The position numbers were made by a program, and so were the translations under genes. A DNA stretch of 64,000 nt from a virus: positions 32,001 through 96,000 of IMG/VR virus record IMGVR_UViG_3300007734_000760. The stretch is one strand, 5' to 3'. Each line of letters begins with the position of its first letter. Position 1 is the first letter of the stretch. Under the pieces are notes generated by a model. The model made no database searches. It was not told the origin of the DNA and saw nothing but the letters and a program-made list of their open reading frames with translations. Positions 18,918-28,818 of this stretch are shown one piece after another.

Positions 18918-19970
18918 TTATTTGTTTTTTGCTTTATTATATCTATCAATTATATTCCAATTCTCTCTAATCCAATAATCTACATTCTTTAAAACATTAC
19001 CTAATCCATCTTTATGATAAAATTTTAAAAACGTTTCTACATTTAATTCATATGGAGGTTCTTTAACTTGTTCTAATATATATTCTTTTTCTTGATCATC
19101 CAACATAGGATTACTTAAATTCATAATCTTATAAGCCTTTCTTAAATTGTCAAAATTTTCTAATGCCCTACAGTATATAATATGTTCTTTAAATTTTAAA
19201 GCACAAATATCATATATGTCATCAAGTGATATATTTTTTTCATTCATTACTTCAGGAAAATATTTTTCAAATTTATTTTGACCTAATCCTTTTACACCAC
19301 CTACTTTATCTGATTTGTCTCCCATTAATGTTTTATAAATAAGAAAATTGTGTGGATGAACACCATATTTTATTTTTACATCTTTAGGTGTAACAAATTC
19401 TTTTTCTACAGATCTATACATTAAGATATTTTCATCTACTAATTGAAGAAAATCATTATCAGCAGATACTAAATATACTTTATTTTTTTTATCTTGAGTA
19501 AGATTTTTACTTAAAAAAGCTATAATATCATCTGCTTCAACTCCATCAATAGATAAAAGTTTAATAGGTAAACATTGTAAATAATGAATTAAATGAATAA
19601 TTTGATCTGTTTTAGATTCATTTTCTTTTTCAACACTATCAAAAGAATTTTTATTAACTCGATTAACACTTCTTCCTGATTTGTATTCTGGAAGTAAGTT
19701 CTTTCTGTTTACAGAAGAACCTACTCCATCAAATACAACATAAATTGATGTTGGTTTTAGTTGTTTAACTAAAGATCCTAATGAACGTAAAAATCCACCT
19801 AAACCTCCTATGTGAGTACCTTCAGCATTTATATAATTTAATACTGCAAAGTTTCTTAAAAATAAATTTAAACCATCTACTATTAAAATTCTTTCTCCTG
19901 TTTCTTCAGGATTAGGTACTGTATCTTCTTTAATACTGTCAAGAAGTTTAAGTAAATCTTTATTATTCAT
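18918..19970 (-). CDS. 5'-3' exonuclease / flap endonuclease
   Basis: IVDGLNL, VVFDG, EYKSGR, EADD, SADNDF, GDKSDKVGGVKGLG. Confidence 0.93.
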   Translation of the reverse strand: MNNKDLLKLLDSIKEDTVPNPEETGERILIVDGLNLFLRNFAVLNYINAEGTHIGGLGGFLRSLGSLVKQLKPTSIYVVFDGVGSSVNRKNLLPEYKSGRSVNRVNKNSFDSVEKENESKTDQIIHLIHYLQCLPIKLLSIDGVEADDIIAFLSKNLTQDKKNKVYLVSADNDFLQLVDENILMYRSVEKEFVTPKDVKIKYGVHPHNFLIYKTLMGDKSDKVGGVKGLGQNKFEKYFPEVMNEKNISLDDIYDICALKFKEHIIYCRALENFDNLRKAYKIMNLSNPMLDDQEKEYILEQVKEPPYELNVETFLKFYHKDGLGNVLKNVDYWIRENWNIIDRYNKAKNK

Positions 19971-19972
19971 AT

Positions 19973-21061
19973 TTAGTCTTCAGATTCTACAATATCAGAA
20001 ATATCAGCTTTTTCATTCCATTCACTATTATCCTCTATTGTTTTATAGTTACCTTCTCCTAATATAGCAGCCCACTCATGTGAATGTTCTTTTTTATATT
20101 TAGTAACGTCTTTAGGATCATCTGAGATAAAACCGTGTACTGTACTAATAACTGTGTTTTTAGTAGTTATACCATTTACATGATTTTTATCACAGGCTAC
20201 TTTTGTTCTTAAAGCAAACTCTACATCTTTACCATCTTTTTGTGCTTTAATTTTAGATGTTCCACTATTAGTAACATTACCAAAAGTTAAACATAATGAT
20301 GAATCATAGTAAAATGTATTTCCACCTTTATTTGTCATTCTAGGTTGTGAAAATACGTTTTCAGCAGGTGCTACTCCGGTTTTATTAATAATCAAGAAGG
20401 TATTTGTGTGTTTACTTTCTTCTTTTCTTGATAATATAATTCTTTGGTTTATAAAATTACCAAATTGAGTTGCTATTGCTCCTGCATTCCACATAGGATT
20501 GTTTTTACCTTGTTCTATACTCATTCTACAAGCAATAGAACCTACCGAATCCCATAAAAATAATAAGTCGTAAGGTAAGTTTCCTTTATCTTGTTCATTT
20601 AGCATATCTAAAATAAATTCAGCTACATCTTCAATTGAATTAAGTTTTCCTCTATCTCTATATAGAAAAAATCCTTCATAATCAATAACATTTCCTTTAT
20701 TATCTTTAACTTCATCCATTTCAAATCCCATAGTTTTCCAATGTTCCCAACTGTGTTTCATTTCAGTAATAATAAGAACTGGTAAAATTCCCATCTTTTG
20801 AGCTGATACAGCTGTTTCAATAGACGTGGTAGTTTTACCTGTGTTACTTCCACCACGTACTATATTAATATGTCCCATTGCTATTCCTGGGATTGACAAA
20901 GCATCTTGCATTGCTTTTGAAAATGGAATCCATTTTTGTTCTTTGAATTTAACATTTCCACTTAATAGCTTTTTCTCTTTAAATTTATTTAAATCAAATT
21001 TAGATTTAAGTTCTTTAGAGACTGCTTCCATTAACGAATCTTTGTCGTTTGTTTTAGCCAT
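19973..21061 (-). CDS. RecA/UvsX-like recombinase
   Basis: GGSNTGKTT, WDSVGS, KGG...YYDSS. Confidence 0.85.
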   Translation of the reverse strand: MAKTNDKDSLMEAVSKELKSKFDLNKFKEKKLLSGNVKFKEQKWIPFSKAMQDALSIPGIAMGHINIVRGGSNTGKTTTSIETAVSAQKMGILPVLIITEMKHSWEHWKTMGFEMDEVKDNKGNVIDYEGFFLYRDRGKLNSIEDVAEFILDMLNEQDKGNLPYDLLFLWDSVGSIACRMSIEQGKNNPMWNAGAIATQFGNFINQRIILSRKEESKHTNTFLIINKTGVAPAENVFSQPRMTNKGGNTFYYDSSLCLTFGNVTNSGTSKIKAQKDGKDVEFALRTKVACDKNHVNGITTKNTVISTVHGFISDDPKDVTKYKKEHSHEWAAILGEGNYKTIEDNSEWNEKADISDIVESED

Positions 21062-21080
21062 TTTAAATTAATTTTAGATT

Positions 21081-21926
21081 TTAGTCTTCGTCTTCAAATA
21101 ATGCATCAAACTTGTCTGCTTTTGATGGTTTTGTTTCTTTTAACTTGTAATTAGATGCTTTTGGAGTAACAGTAGTTTCTTCATCTTTCCAAGGTAAATC
21201 ATTACCTGGTGTTGTTGGTTCTTCTATAGCTTCATCAGTTTCTTCTTCAGCTTCAGGATTTAAAAAGTTTTGTAATACTTCTTTTAATTTTTCAAAATCC
21301 ATTTTATATAAAGTTTGAATTTCTAAAATGTCTGGTTGTTCATTTAAGAATTTTTCTACTTCTGCTTTATTTGGACTTACTTGAGAAGTTTTAGGTTTAA
21401 TACGAATTGATGATTTAAGACCTTGACGACCACCAATGTCACCTGTTACAGCTTCAAGTGTAAAATCACGACCTTCATTAATGTCAGTATAATCACCATA
21501 ATCTTCATCATCAGCAATTCCTAATAATTGCATGTAAATTTCTTTACCAAATTCCCAAAGGCGAACACCTTTATCTTCTTCACCCCTAATAATTACTGGA
21601 GCGAAAATTCTCATTTTTGGTTCTAATTTTTTAGATAATTTCCAATTTTCTTTGTCATTGGTTGTACGAAGTTGTTTTACGAATTCTACAATTGGATCTT
21701 TTTCACCCCAATTAGTTAAAGCATAGACAGGAAATTTTGAAAATCCATAGTGTACAAACACTTCTTTAAATGGATTGCTTTTGTCTAGTTTAGAGGGAAT
21801 AATTCTAATTTGATACTTACCTTCTTGTTTTGGTTTCCATAGATATTTTGAATAATCTACTTTTTCTTTTTTCTGCCCGGATGTCTGTAAGGCACTCAGT
21901 TTGTTTTTGATTGATTTTAAATCCAT
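21081..21926 (-). CDS. ssDNA-binding protein (gp32-like)
   Basis: WKP...IRIIP, VRLWEFGKEIY, DINEGRDF, acidic tail FDALFEDED. Confidence 0.88.
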   Translation of the reverse strand: MDLKSIKNKLSALQTSGQKKEKVDYSKYLWKPKQEGKYQIRIIPSKLDKSNPFKEVFVHYGFSKFPVYALTNWGEKDPIVEFVKQLRTTNDKENWKLSKKLEPKMRIFAPVIIRGEEDKGVRLWEFGKEIYMQLLGIADDEDYGDYTDINEGRDFTLEAVTGDIGGRQGLKSSIRIKPKTSQVSPNKAEVEKFLNEQPDILEIQTLYKMDFEKLKEVLQNFLNPEAEEETDEAIEEPTTPGNDLPWKDEETTVTPKASNYKLKETKPSKADKFDALFEDED

Positions 21927-22052
21927 CTTTTTATTTGTTTTTATTGGTTACTATTTAAATATACTACTTATTTTTCTGCAGGCCAAATTTAGCTTATAAA
22001 GCTCTTGAATGCCTTTTTATTTGTAGTGTAATACTAGTTTATATATTGTAAT

Positions 22053-22649
22053 TTAAATATCTAACATTTTTAATTCTCCTTTTGAATTATATCCAAAATT
22101 TTCATCATTTATATCTTTTTCTATTTTTGAATCCCATGAAATATTCTTTACATTTTGAAGTAAGGGATACCAATTTTTAATTAAAGAATTATATAAATTA
22201 CTTGGTAGTTCTTTTTGTAATTGAGATTTTAATTCACTATCATCTAAATTATTATATATTAATTGAATCATCTCAGAATTATACCAATTTGGTCCTTTAA
22301 TTCGAGATCTTTGAACTAATTTAGCGATATGTTGATTTTTAGGTGGAATTTCTGATGATTGTGAAAACAAATATTTTTTACATTCCCACATTTCTGAATT
22401 AGCTTTATTATCGTCTAATTTTTCTAGAATAACATAATCTTCACCTATATCATAAACTTTTGGAAATATCTCAGGATATTTATCAAATATTTTTATATGA
22501 TCAGATATAGGTTCACCTTGATTTTGATTAAATTTTATAACTTTATCTTTACCATAATTATATACTATATGTATACTTCCTTCTCCATGTTCATCTCCTA
22601 TCAAATTTTTATTGTAAAGTTCTTTTAATAAATTAACCAATTTAATCAT
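22053..22649 (-). CDS. Minimal protein-kinase-like protein
   Basis: GEGSIHIVY (Gly loop), KVIK, PKVY, ILEKL, DINDEN (catalytic DxxxxN), LDI (DFG equivalent). Confidence 0.65.
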   Translation of the reverse strand: MIKLVNLLKELYNKNLIGDEHGEGSIHIVYNYGKDKVIKFNQNQGEPISDHIKIFDKYPEIFPKVYDIGEDYVILEKLDDNKANSEMWECKKYLFSQSSEIPPKNQHIAKLVQRSRIKGPNWYNSEMIQLIYNNLDDSELKSQLQKELPSNLYNSLIKNWYPLLQNVKNISWDSKIEKDINDENFGYNSKGELKMLDI

Positions 22650-22660
22650 GGTTATAAATA

Positions 22661-23116
22661 TTAAAGATCTATAATTTTGTAAATTTTAGTGTTAAGCTGT
22701 TTTATATCCCCATGTTGGGTAAGTAAGATACAGTTACGATAATGAGGCCATTCTATTCTATAAGATGGATCAACTACTCCCCCATTTAATTTTTTAATTA
22801 AATCATTTAAAGCATTGATTGTATATAAAGTGTTTGATTCTTTTTTACGATGTACTAATATAGTATTTGCAGGAATGTTTTCAACGTTACCTTGTTCTAC
22901 ATTATACGTAATAACGTATTCATTTGTACTTTTAACAAAAAGTATAAACATTTTTTTATACATTATGTTGTAGGTAGTTGATAAATTTTCAACTAGTATT
23001 TCAATTGACTCTTGCGGGGTAAAAGTAGCAAATAACCTGTTATTCATATTGTCCGTATCAGTTGTATTATAATCATACATATTGAAAGCGGGTGTTGAAA
23101 TAATATTTAAATTCAT
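22661..23116 (-). CDS. Hypothetical protein
   Basis: 151-aa ORF; no recognised family. Confidence 0.75.
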   Translation of the reverse strand: MNLNIISTPAFNMYDYNTTDTDNMNNRLFATFTPQESIEILVENLSTTYNIMYKKMFILFVKSTNEYVITYNVEQGNVENIPANTILVHRKKESNTLYTINALNDLIKKLNGGVVDPSYRIEWPHYRNCILLTQHGDIKQLNTKIYKIIDL

Positions 23117-23117
23117 T

Positions 23118-23732
23118 TTATATTGATTTAGAGCGGTTTTGATTACCTATATATCCTTTGTAACCTAAGGATTCAGCAATTTTTGTATTTATAAATAGAG
23201 GCCTAGTATTAGTATAGTGAAAAGCACGCATCTGTTGCATATGATCAGTCATATCAAAACTAAATAGTGGTTGAATATGATCTATTTCCCAAATTTTACT
23301 TTGATTTTCCCAAGTCATTTCTGGGAGAAATTGATTTTCTAAATATACTTTCCATTCACTAGCGGTGCATCCTAAAAGTTTTTGAGAGTTCATTGACGTA
23401 TTTTTGTTTTTTAAATAATTATTAATACTTGATCTTAATATCATAGAAATTCTAAAAGAAGGATCAGTATTATATTTGTTTTTAAAATAAATTCGATAAT
23501 ATTCTAGATGTTTTTCTTTATTCTCACATCTCCATTTTTTATCATATTCTTTTTTCTTTTCTAAGTTGTCTAAGCGCCACTGTTTATTAATTTCAGTATT
23601 ATGTTGTTTGTTTTTGTTATTGTATTCTTTTTTACAAGACCTACATATATTATTTAATCCATCTTTTTGAGATTGATTTTTAGAAAATTCAATTTTATCT
23701 TTTTTTATTTTACATTTAATACAGTTTTTCAT
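23118..23732 (-). mobile_element. HNH endonuclease with N-terminal CxxC/CxxC zinc ribbon
   Basis: CIKC...CRSC, Lys-rich helix, LLGC...MTWEN...WEIDHIQP...FHYTNTRPL. Confidence 0.85.
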
Positions 23733-23770
23733 TTTATTATAAATATATAACAGTATGACTTTTTCATATA

Positions 23771-25051
23771 TTATTGTAATGGCGACATTACGCCATAATT
23801 TTTGCCTTTTGTTAGTTTAATTTTTAAATTATGTTTATTGAATTGATTTTGTATATCTTTTAATATATTATCGTCCTTATTATAGTCTAATAATATAGAA
23901 TCATAAGTATACAGTACTATTTGTGTTTCTTTACTTTTTAATAATTTAATAACGTCCCACATTATACAAACATTGTTTGCAGTTTCCAAATTTTGGAGCG
24001 TATAATTAAATAACTTTTGTGGATTAATATCTTTTATACCTTTATAAAATTTATGACCTGATATAGGACATTCAATAAATCCATCAACCGTATATTTTTT
24101 CCACATTTTATTAACATGTTCCTGTATTAATTGAAAGTATTCTATGTATTGATATTCTTTATAAATTCCACCGTACAATTGTTTAAACATTAATATTTTT
24201 GCTTCACTTATTTCAATGTCTGCTTCTCGTGCAAAGTATTCATATGGTGTGTCCTTTCCAAAATCATATCCTATTAATTGAGCAGCTAATGTTGGATGAT
24301 AAGCACTTATGTCTATTTCAATAAAATAATCATTTTTAGGTATAAATGCATTTCTACAACCATTGTCTTTAGACAAAGCAGCAAAATTAATAGTGTTAAA
24401 ACTATTTGATGGTCTTCCTGTTGTAGTACATAAGTTATACTGAGTGTGTATTATGTCATTTTTAATAGATAAAAATTCATTATTTAGTTCAAAATGTTTA
24501 TCTAATGTTTTTTTATCTATTTTTATACCATTACTTTCAATATAATTAAAAATACTAGTTATTTGATTATTAAATTTATTGTTTTTAGGTTTAACACAAT
24601 ATTCTTTTATTTTACGGTATATATTTTCACATCTTTCATAATGTTTAACTAATGGTATAACAGTGTTAATATCCTCTACATTGTGTGTTCTGTAAAAAAA
24701 ACTGTGAGCAGGTGTTGTAATTTCTGAGTATTCTGGGGTGTTAAATGAAATGTCTATTAAATTTTTAAGTGGGAATAGATTAATAAATGATTTTCTATCT
24801 CGTACATAAATTTCACTATAAGAAGCGAGTAAATCGTTTATAACAACGGAATTCAATAAAAGTGCCTCATTATGACTAATACTTAATATATAACCTTTAT
24901 CCCCGTTTAATGGTTTGATATACAATAAAGATATATCGTTTAGTGATGGATGAACAAAATCATTAAAATATATAGGTTCAATAAATACTTTATCATAACC
25001 TATTTCAAAAAATTCATTTAGTTGTTCATTATTTTCAATAATGTAAAACAT
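23771..25051 (-). CDS. Compact family A DNA polymerase-like protein
   Basis: TTGRPS, motif A DISAYHP, motif B KILMFKQLYGG, FNYTLQ, motif C YTYDSIL. Confidence 0.85.
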   Translation of the reverse strand: MFYIIENNEQLNEFFEIGYDKVFIEPIYFNDFVHPSLNDISLLYIKPLNGDKGYILSISHNEALLLNSVVINDLLASYSEIYVRDRKSFINLFPLKNLIDISFNTPEYSEITTPAHSFFYRTHNVEDINTVIPLVKHYERCENIYRKIKEYCVKPKNNKFNNQITSIFNYIESNGIKIDKKTLDKHFELNNEFLSIKNDIIHTQYNLCTTTGRPSNSFNTINFAALSKDNGCRNAFIPKNDYFIEIDISAYHPTLAAQLIGYDFGKDTPYEYFAREADIEISEAKILMFKQLYGGIYKEYQYIEYFQLIQEHVNKMWKKYTVDGFIECPISGHKFYKGIKDINPQKLFNYTLQNLETANNVCIMWDVIKLLKSKETQIVLYTYDSILLDYNKDDNILKDIQNQFNKHNLKIKLTKGKNYGVMSPLQ

Positions 25052-25104
25052 AACCTTAATTTATATAATTAAATATAAAATAAAATTTTATGTAATCCAA
25101 ATTT

Positions 25105-25180
25105 AAAAGAAAAAACACCCCAGATAGCGAATCAAAGGGTGTTTTTAATAGCCGAAGCTATAACGGTCCTAATCCGTATG
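25105..25180 (-). ncRNA. Structured RNA complementary to 23S rRNA H69-H71, ending in an intrinsic terminator
   Basis: Minus-strand hairpins ACGG/CCGU, AUAGC(UUCG)GCUAU and AAAAACACCC/GGGUGUUUUU plus U tract. Plus strand 25151-25172 is 20/22 identical to the conserved 23S sequence GCCGTAACTATAACGGTCCTAA. Confidence 0.6.
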
Positions 25181-25184
25181 TCTT

Positions 25185-25805
25185 TTATTTATAAAATTTA
25201 AGATAATCTTCTCTAAGAAACTTATCAAACATAATAAATTTAAAATTATCCATCATGTACTTAGTTACATTTTTATTAGTTTTATATACTTGTTCTTTAT
25301 TACCAGATATTGTCCACTGATATTTAAAAGGAATGTACATTTGCCAAAGATAATCTGGATTTTTATTTGCTAGTTTAGTGTATATATCTTTATTTATTTC
25401 TGTGTAAATTACTTCATTTGTTTTTTTACAAAAATATCTTGTAAATTCTCCTAAAGTATAATCATTATCTGTAAGTTGAGGTTGAGATGAGTTAGGTAGT
25501 AAAAATCCTGTGTATTTGTATTTAGGGTAATCTAGTGGTGTAAATAAACTTGGTTGAGGTTTAAAATCATTTACATTAAGTTTATTAGATGTATCTGTTT
25601 GAGGTTCATTACCTATATCAGTTTGATTAACTTTTGGTTTTATTAATTCATTGTTAGGTCCATCATTAGGTACTTTTCCTGTAAAATATTTACCTTTAGA
25701 GGTTTTAAAATAAAAACCTTTATAATTTAAATTATTATTAAGATATGCTAGTTCTCCTCCATTAGTATATAAATTAGTTGTTATTTGAGATTTAGGATAA
25801 TACAT
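25185..25805 (-). CDS. Hypothetical virion/baseplate-associated protein
   Basis: Last gene of the tail operon; 206 aa. Confidence 0.7.
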   Translation of the reverse strand: MYYPKSQITTNLYTNGGELAYLNNNLNYKGFYFKTSKGKYFTGKVPNDGPNNELIKPKVNQTDIGNEPQTDTSNKLNVNDFKPQPSLFTPLDYPKYKYTGFLLPNSSQPQLTDNDYTLGEFTRYFCKKTNEVIYTEINKDIYTKLANKNPDYLWQMYIPFKYQWTISGNKEQVYKTNKNVTKYMMDNFKFIMFDKFLREDYLKFYK

Positions 25806-25806
25806 T

Positions 25807-28800
25807 TTAATTTAATTTTCTGACAGGTAAAAGTGTGCCAGCCATTCCTAAATTAATAAGCATTTGTACTAATTTAGGAGAAGGAAAAGTATCAACATGA
25901 GTTCCTTCTCTTGCTCTACCGTGACCATATATTCCTGGTCCAGGATCTCCTGTTACTTTAGTGTGTGTTGAAGCCATTGGTGCTCCTCCAAATACCATAG
26001 CGTAAACATCTTTTCCTAAAAATCCAGGTTTAATTTTAGGATGTCTATTACAAATACCTGTTATTAAAGTTTGTAAAGCAGTCATTTGTGCTGGTAAAAA
26101 ATCTGAGTATACGTATGTTCCCTCCCACTTATGATCAAAACTTATTACATCCCTACCATAAGAATTTACATATTTGTTAGTACTATAATTATCACTTTCT
26201 CTATACCAAGACTCAGGTATAGGATCTCCAGGTTTCCATCCTCCTCCTTTTTTATTTAAACGCCCATCAGTAGCTATTTCAATAGCTATACTTCTATAAT
26301 TTAAATCATTAGATGCTGGAAAATTTTGGAGTTCAAATTTAGCTAAATCACTACCATTTTGTGCAAACCATGGATTTTTATTTATAGTTCCATCATAATT
26401 TATAGCATAATGTACTGAATCAAGTGGACCTATTCTATCAGTAACAGTGTGGTGTAATATTATTTTATCTATAAATTGATTTGTTCCTTGGCTACCACCT
26501 CCACCACCTCCACCACTACTTTGGTTTGCACCTCCTAAAGGTCCTCCATTAACACCATCTTCAATTACTGGGGTTGAAATTGTTTCTAATGTAGTTGTCC
26601 ATCCATCTTTATCAATTTTATTTGTTACTCCTTTTATAATAAATTTTAAAATACCAGGATATGTAACTGGTAAGAAATTAGCATTGATTTGTAGTTTTTG
26701 ATAAATTTTTATTCCAGACATTCCATCTAGTGTCATTGATAAGTTTAATGGAAGAAATCCTTTACTACTTGTTGAAGTAGGAGTAATATCATTATTTATT
26801 TTTTTTTGTAGTGTTTTAAGATACTTTACATGTTTTAAAAAATTTGTTACTATTTCTTTTGTAGTATCAGATTGATCTGGCTCTATATCTATTTCAGTAC
26901 CATTCTCATCTGTGTATCTTTCTGTTAAATATTCTTCATATGAACTAGCAAGTTCTTTACTTTGTTCTATTGCTTCAGCAATTAATTTAGAATTTGTTTT
27001 TATTGGGGGTGCAGGAACTGTATTAAGTGGTTTGTAAGTAAGAGTTTCATGTATTATAGGTTTTAATCCTTCATTCCATTTAGAAAAAGCAGTAGCATCT
27101 TCACCAACCATAGCGCCATTAGCTGTAGCTCCTATAGTCATCATAGCCATAGAAGCATTAGTAAGTTCAGTTTTTATTGATACATCTTTAACAAATCCAG
27201 CATTTGATCCATCATATCCTATAACTACAAAAGGTTCAGAAAGTTTTTCTGTTTCTTCAAAAGTATCATCTGCTAAAGGAGTACTATCTATTATTTTAAC
27301 TGTATTAATATTTTCATCAACTATAACTTCTAGTTGGTTAATTCCTCCTAATGCTCCATTTATTGATGAAACTATATCTTTAAGTAAATCAATTAAAAGA
27401 ACTTCATTAGTTTCAGTATCTTGTAAACTAATTAATTTACTTAAAATAAATTCAGCATTAACATATATATTATTAATATTTCCTAAAACTACACTTTTTC
27501 CTGGAGGTGAAATTTTAAATGAATATTCATTAATTTCCGCTAATATCTCAGCTTTTATATGTGAATATTCATTATCTCCTTGAAGAGAAAATCCACCAAT
27601 GTAACATATTCTTGCGTCACCAGAAATTTGAAAAACTTCTGTGTACATATATTGAGGTTTTTCTTCTTTTGTTGTGTCATCTATTTCTATCATTTTTACT
27701 AATGGTTCTCCTGTTTTGGCATCACAAGGTAATACACTTTCTAATATTTTTAAAAATTCTCCAAATCGTACACAATATAAATTAGCATCTTCTGATCCTA
27801 AAATAATATAATTTTTATCTTCAGAAGATTTTATTTCTTGTAAGGTGTTCTCTTCACCTAAAAGACCAGAAGTTGTTAGTGGAAACTTTTCAAAAAATAT
27901 TTTGCCTATTGTATTAGTACTTTTATATCTATCAATCCATTTTTTTCCTTGATTTGCTTTTACTTCGTCTTGTTTTTCTCCTTTTCCTAAATCTTCTGAT
28001 ATAGAAGTATCAGTGAGTAAATTTACTTTAAATGATTCAACTATGGCACCTACACTTATTAATTTTAAAGTAATATTATATGAATTATCTTTGTTTAAAG
28101 TCCAATCAAAATTAACTACTTTACTCCACATTCCATCATAATTGCCTCCTGACGATTTTCTTTTGTCTTCTAATGCTGTTAAAACTTCAGTGTCTTTTGT
28201 ATATTTTGAAAGTAAAAGATCATTAGAAATGCTATAATTAGGATTAACATCTATTACTCCATTTGCTCCTACAATTATTGAATGTCCCCATTCTAACAAC
28301 ATAGGAAAGCCTAATCTTAAATATAATATATCAATTATTTCTAATTGAGCTTTATTAAAAGCTTTTATGTTAATAGTTCCTTCACGAATTGAACCTCTAT
28401 TTCTAAATTTTGTTTCAGTTGAAGTTATACCAGGCATAGGTCTAAAACCTTGTTCTAGTCCTCCAATACCATAAGTTACTTTACTTAAAATACCATAACT
28501 ACTTAAATTTATTCCAGAATATGGTTGGCCAGAAGTATCAGATGTGCCATTAAATAAAATAAACTGTTTAGCTAAACCTGTGCCTAAAAGACTAGTGTCA
28601 CTAAGACCTATAGTACTTAATCTATCTAAAGCAGTATTATTATCTCCTGCTATTGTTACTCCAGATGTAAGTTTAATCCAACTAGTTTTAGAATGTAAAT
28701 AAGATAAAGTATTTTTATCTCTATTACTATTTAAACCTTGACCGTGTGTTTTTTGTCTATCTTTTATTTGTTTATTTACATATTCATCAAATGGTTCTCC

Positions 28801-28815
28801 TACTATATTACTCAT
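25807..28815 (-). CDS. Baseplate hub-like protein with C-terminal N-acetylmuramoyl-L-alanine amidase-like domain
   Basis: Hub-like body (LEWG; SMTLDGMSGIK...FIIKGVTNKIDKDGWTTTLET), poly-Gly linker, then IILHHT, HYAI, SIAIEI, H..D. Confidence 0.72.
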   Translation of the reverse strand: MSNIVGEPFDEYVNKQIKDRQKTHGQGLNSNRDKNTLSYLHSKTSWIKLTSGVTIAGDNNTALDRLSTIGLSDTSLLGTGLAKQFILFNGTSDTSGQPYSGINLSSYGILSKVTYGIGGLEQGFRPMPGITSTETKFRNRGSIREGTINIKAFNKAQLEIIDILYLRLGFPMLLEWGHSIIVGANGVIDVNPNYSISNDLLLSKYTKDTEVLTALEDKRKSSGGNYDGMWSKVVNFDWTLNKDNSYNITLKLISVGAIVESFKVNLLTDTSISEDLGKGEKQDEVKANQGKKWIDRYKSTNTIGKIFFEKFPLTTSGLLGEENTLQEIKSSEDKNYIILGSEDANLYCVRFGEFLKILESVLPCDAKTGEPLVKMIEIDDTTKEEKPQYMYTEVFQISGDARICYIGGFSLQGDNEYSHIKAEILAEINEYSFKISPPGKSVVLGNINNIYVNAEFILSKLISLQDTETNEVLLIDLLKDIVSSINGALGGINQLEVIVDENINTVKIIDSTPLADDTFEETEKLSEPFVVIGYDGSNAGFVKDVSIKTELTNASMAMMTIGATANGAMVGEDATAFSKWNEGLKPIIHETLTYKPLNTVPAPPIKTNSKLIAEAIEQSKELASSYEEYLTERYTDENGTEIDIEPDQSDTTKEIVTNFLKHVKYLKTLQKKINNDITPTSTSSKGFLPLNLSMTLDGMSGIKIYQKLQINANFLPVTYPGILKFIIKGVTNKIDKDGWTTTLETISTPVIEDGVNGGPLGGANQSSGGGGGGGSQGTNQFIDKIILHHTVTDRIGPLDSVHYAINYDGTINKNPWFAQNGSDLAKFELQNFPASNDLNYRSIAIEIATDGRLNKKGGGWKPGDPIPESWYRESDNYSTNKYVNSYGRDVISFDHKWEGTYVYSDFLPAQMTALQTLITGICNRHPKIKPGFLGKDVYAMVFGGAPMASTHTKVTGDPGPGIYGHGRAREGTHVDTFPSPKLVQMLINLGMAGTLLPVRKLN

Positions 28816-28818
28816 AAC

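Noticed and set aside
21985-22050. Possible ncRNA between kinase and ssb genes
   Set aside because: Only a 5-bp hairpin (AGCTT/AAGCT) next to the ssb promoter; too weak to call.
25122-25172. Intact I-CeuI site, rRNA gene fragment or att site
   Set aside because: The two halves are in swapped order and 26 nt apart, no flanking rRNA sequence is present, and no integrase or LAGLIDADG gene is seen in the window.
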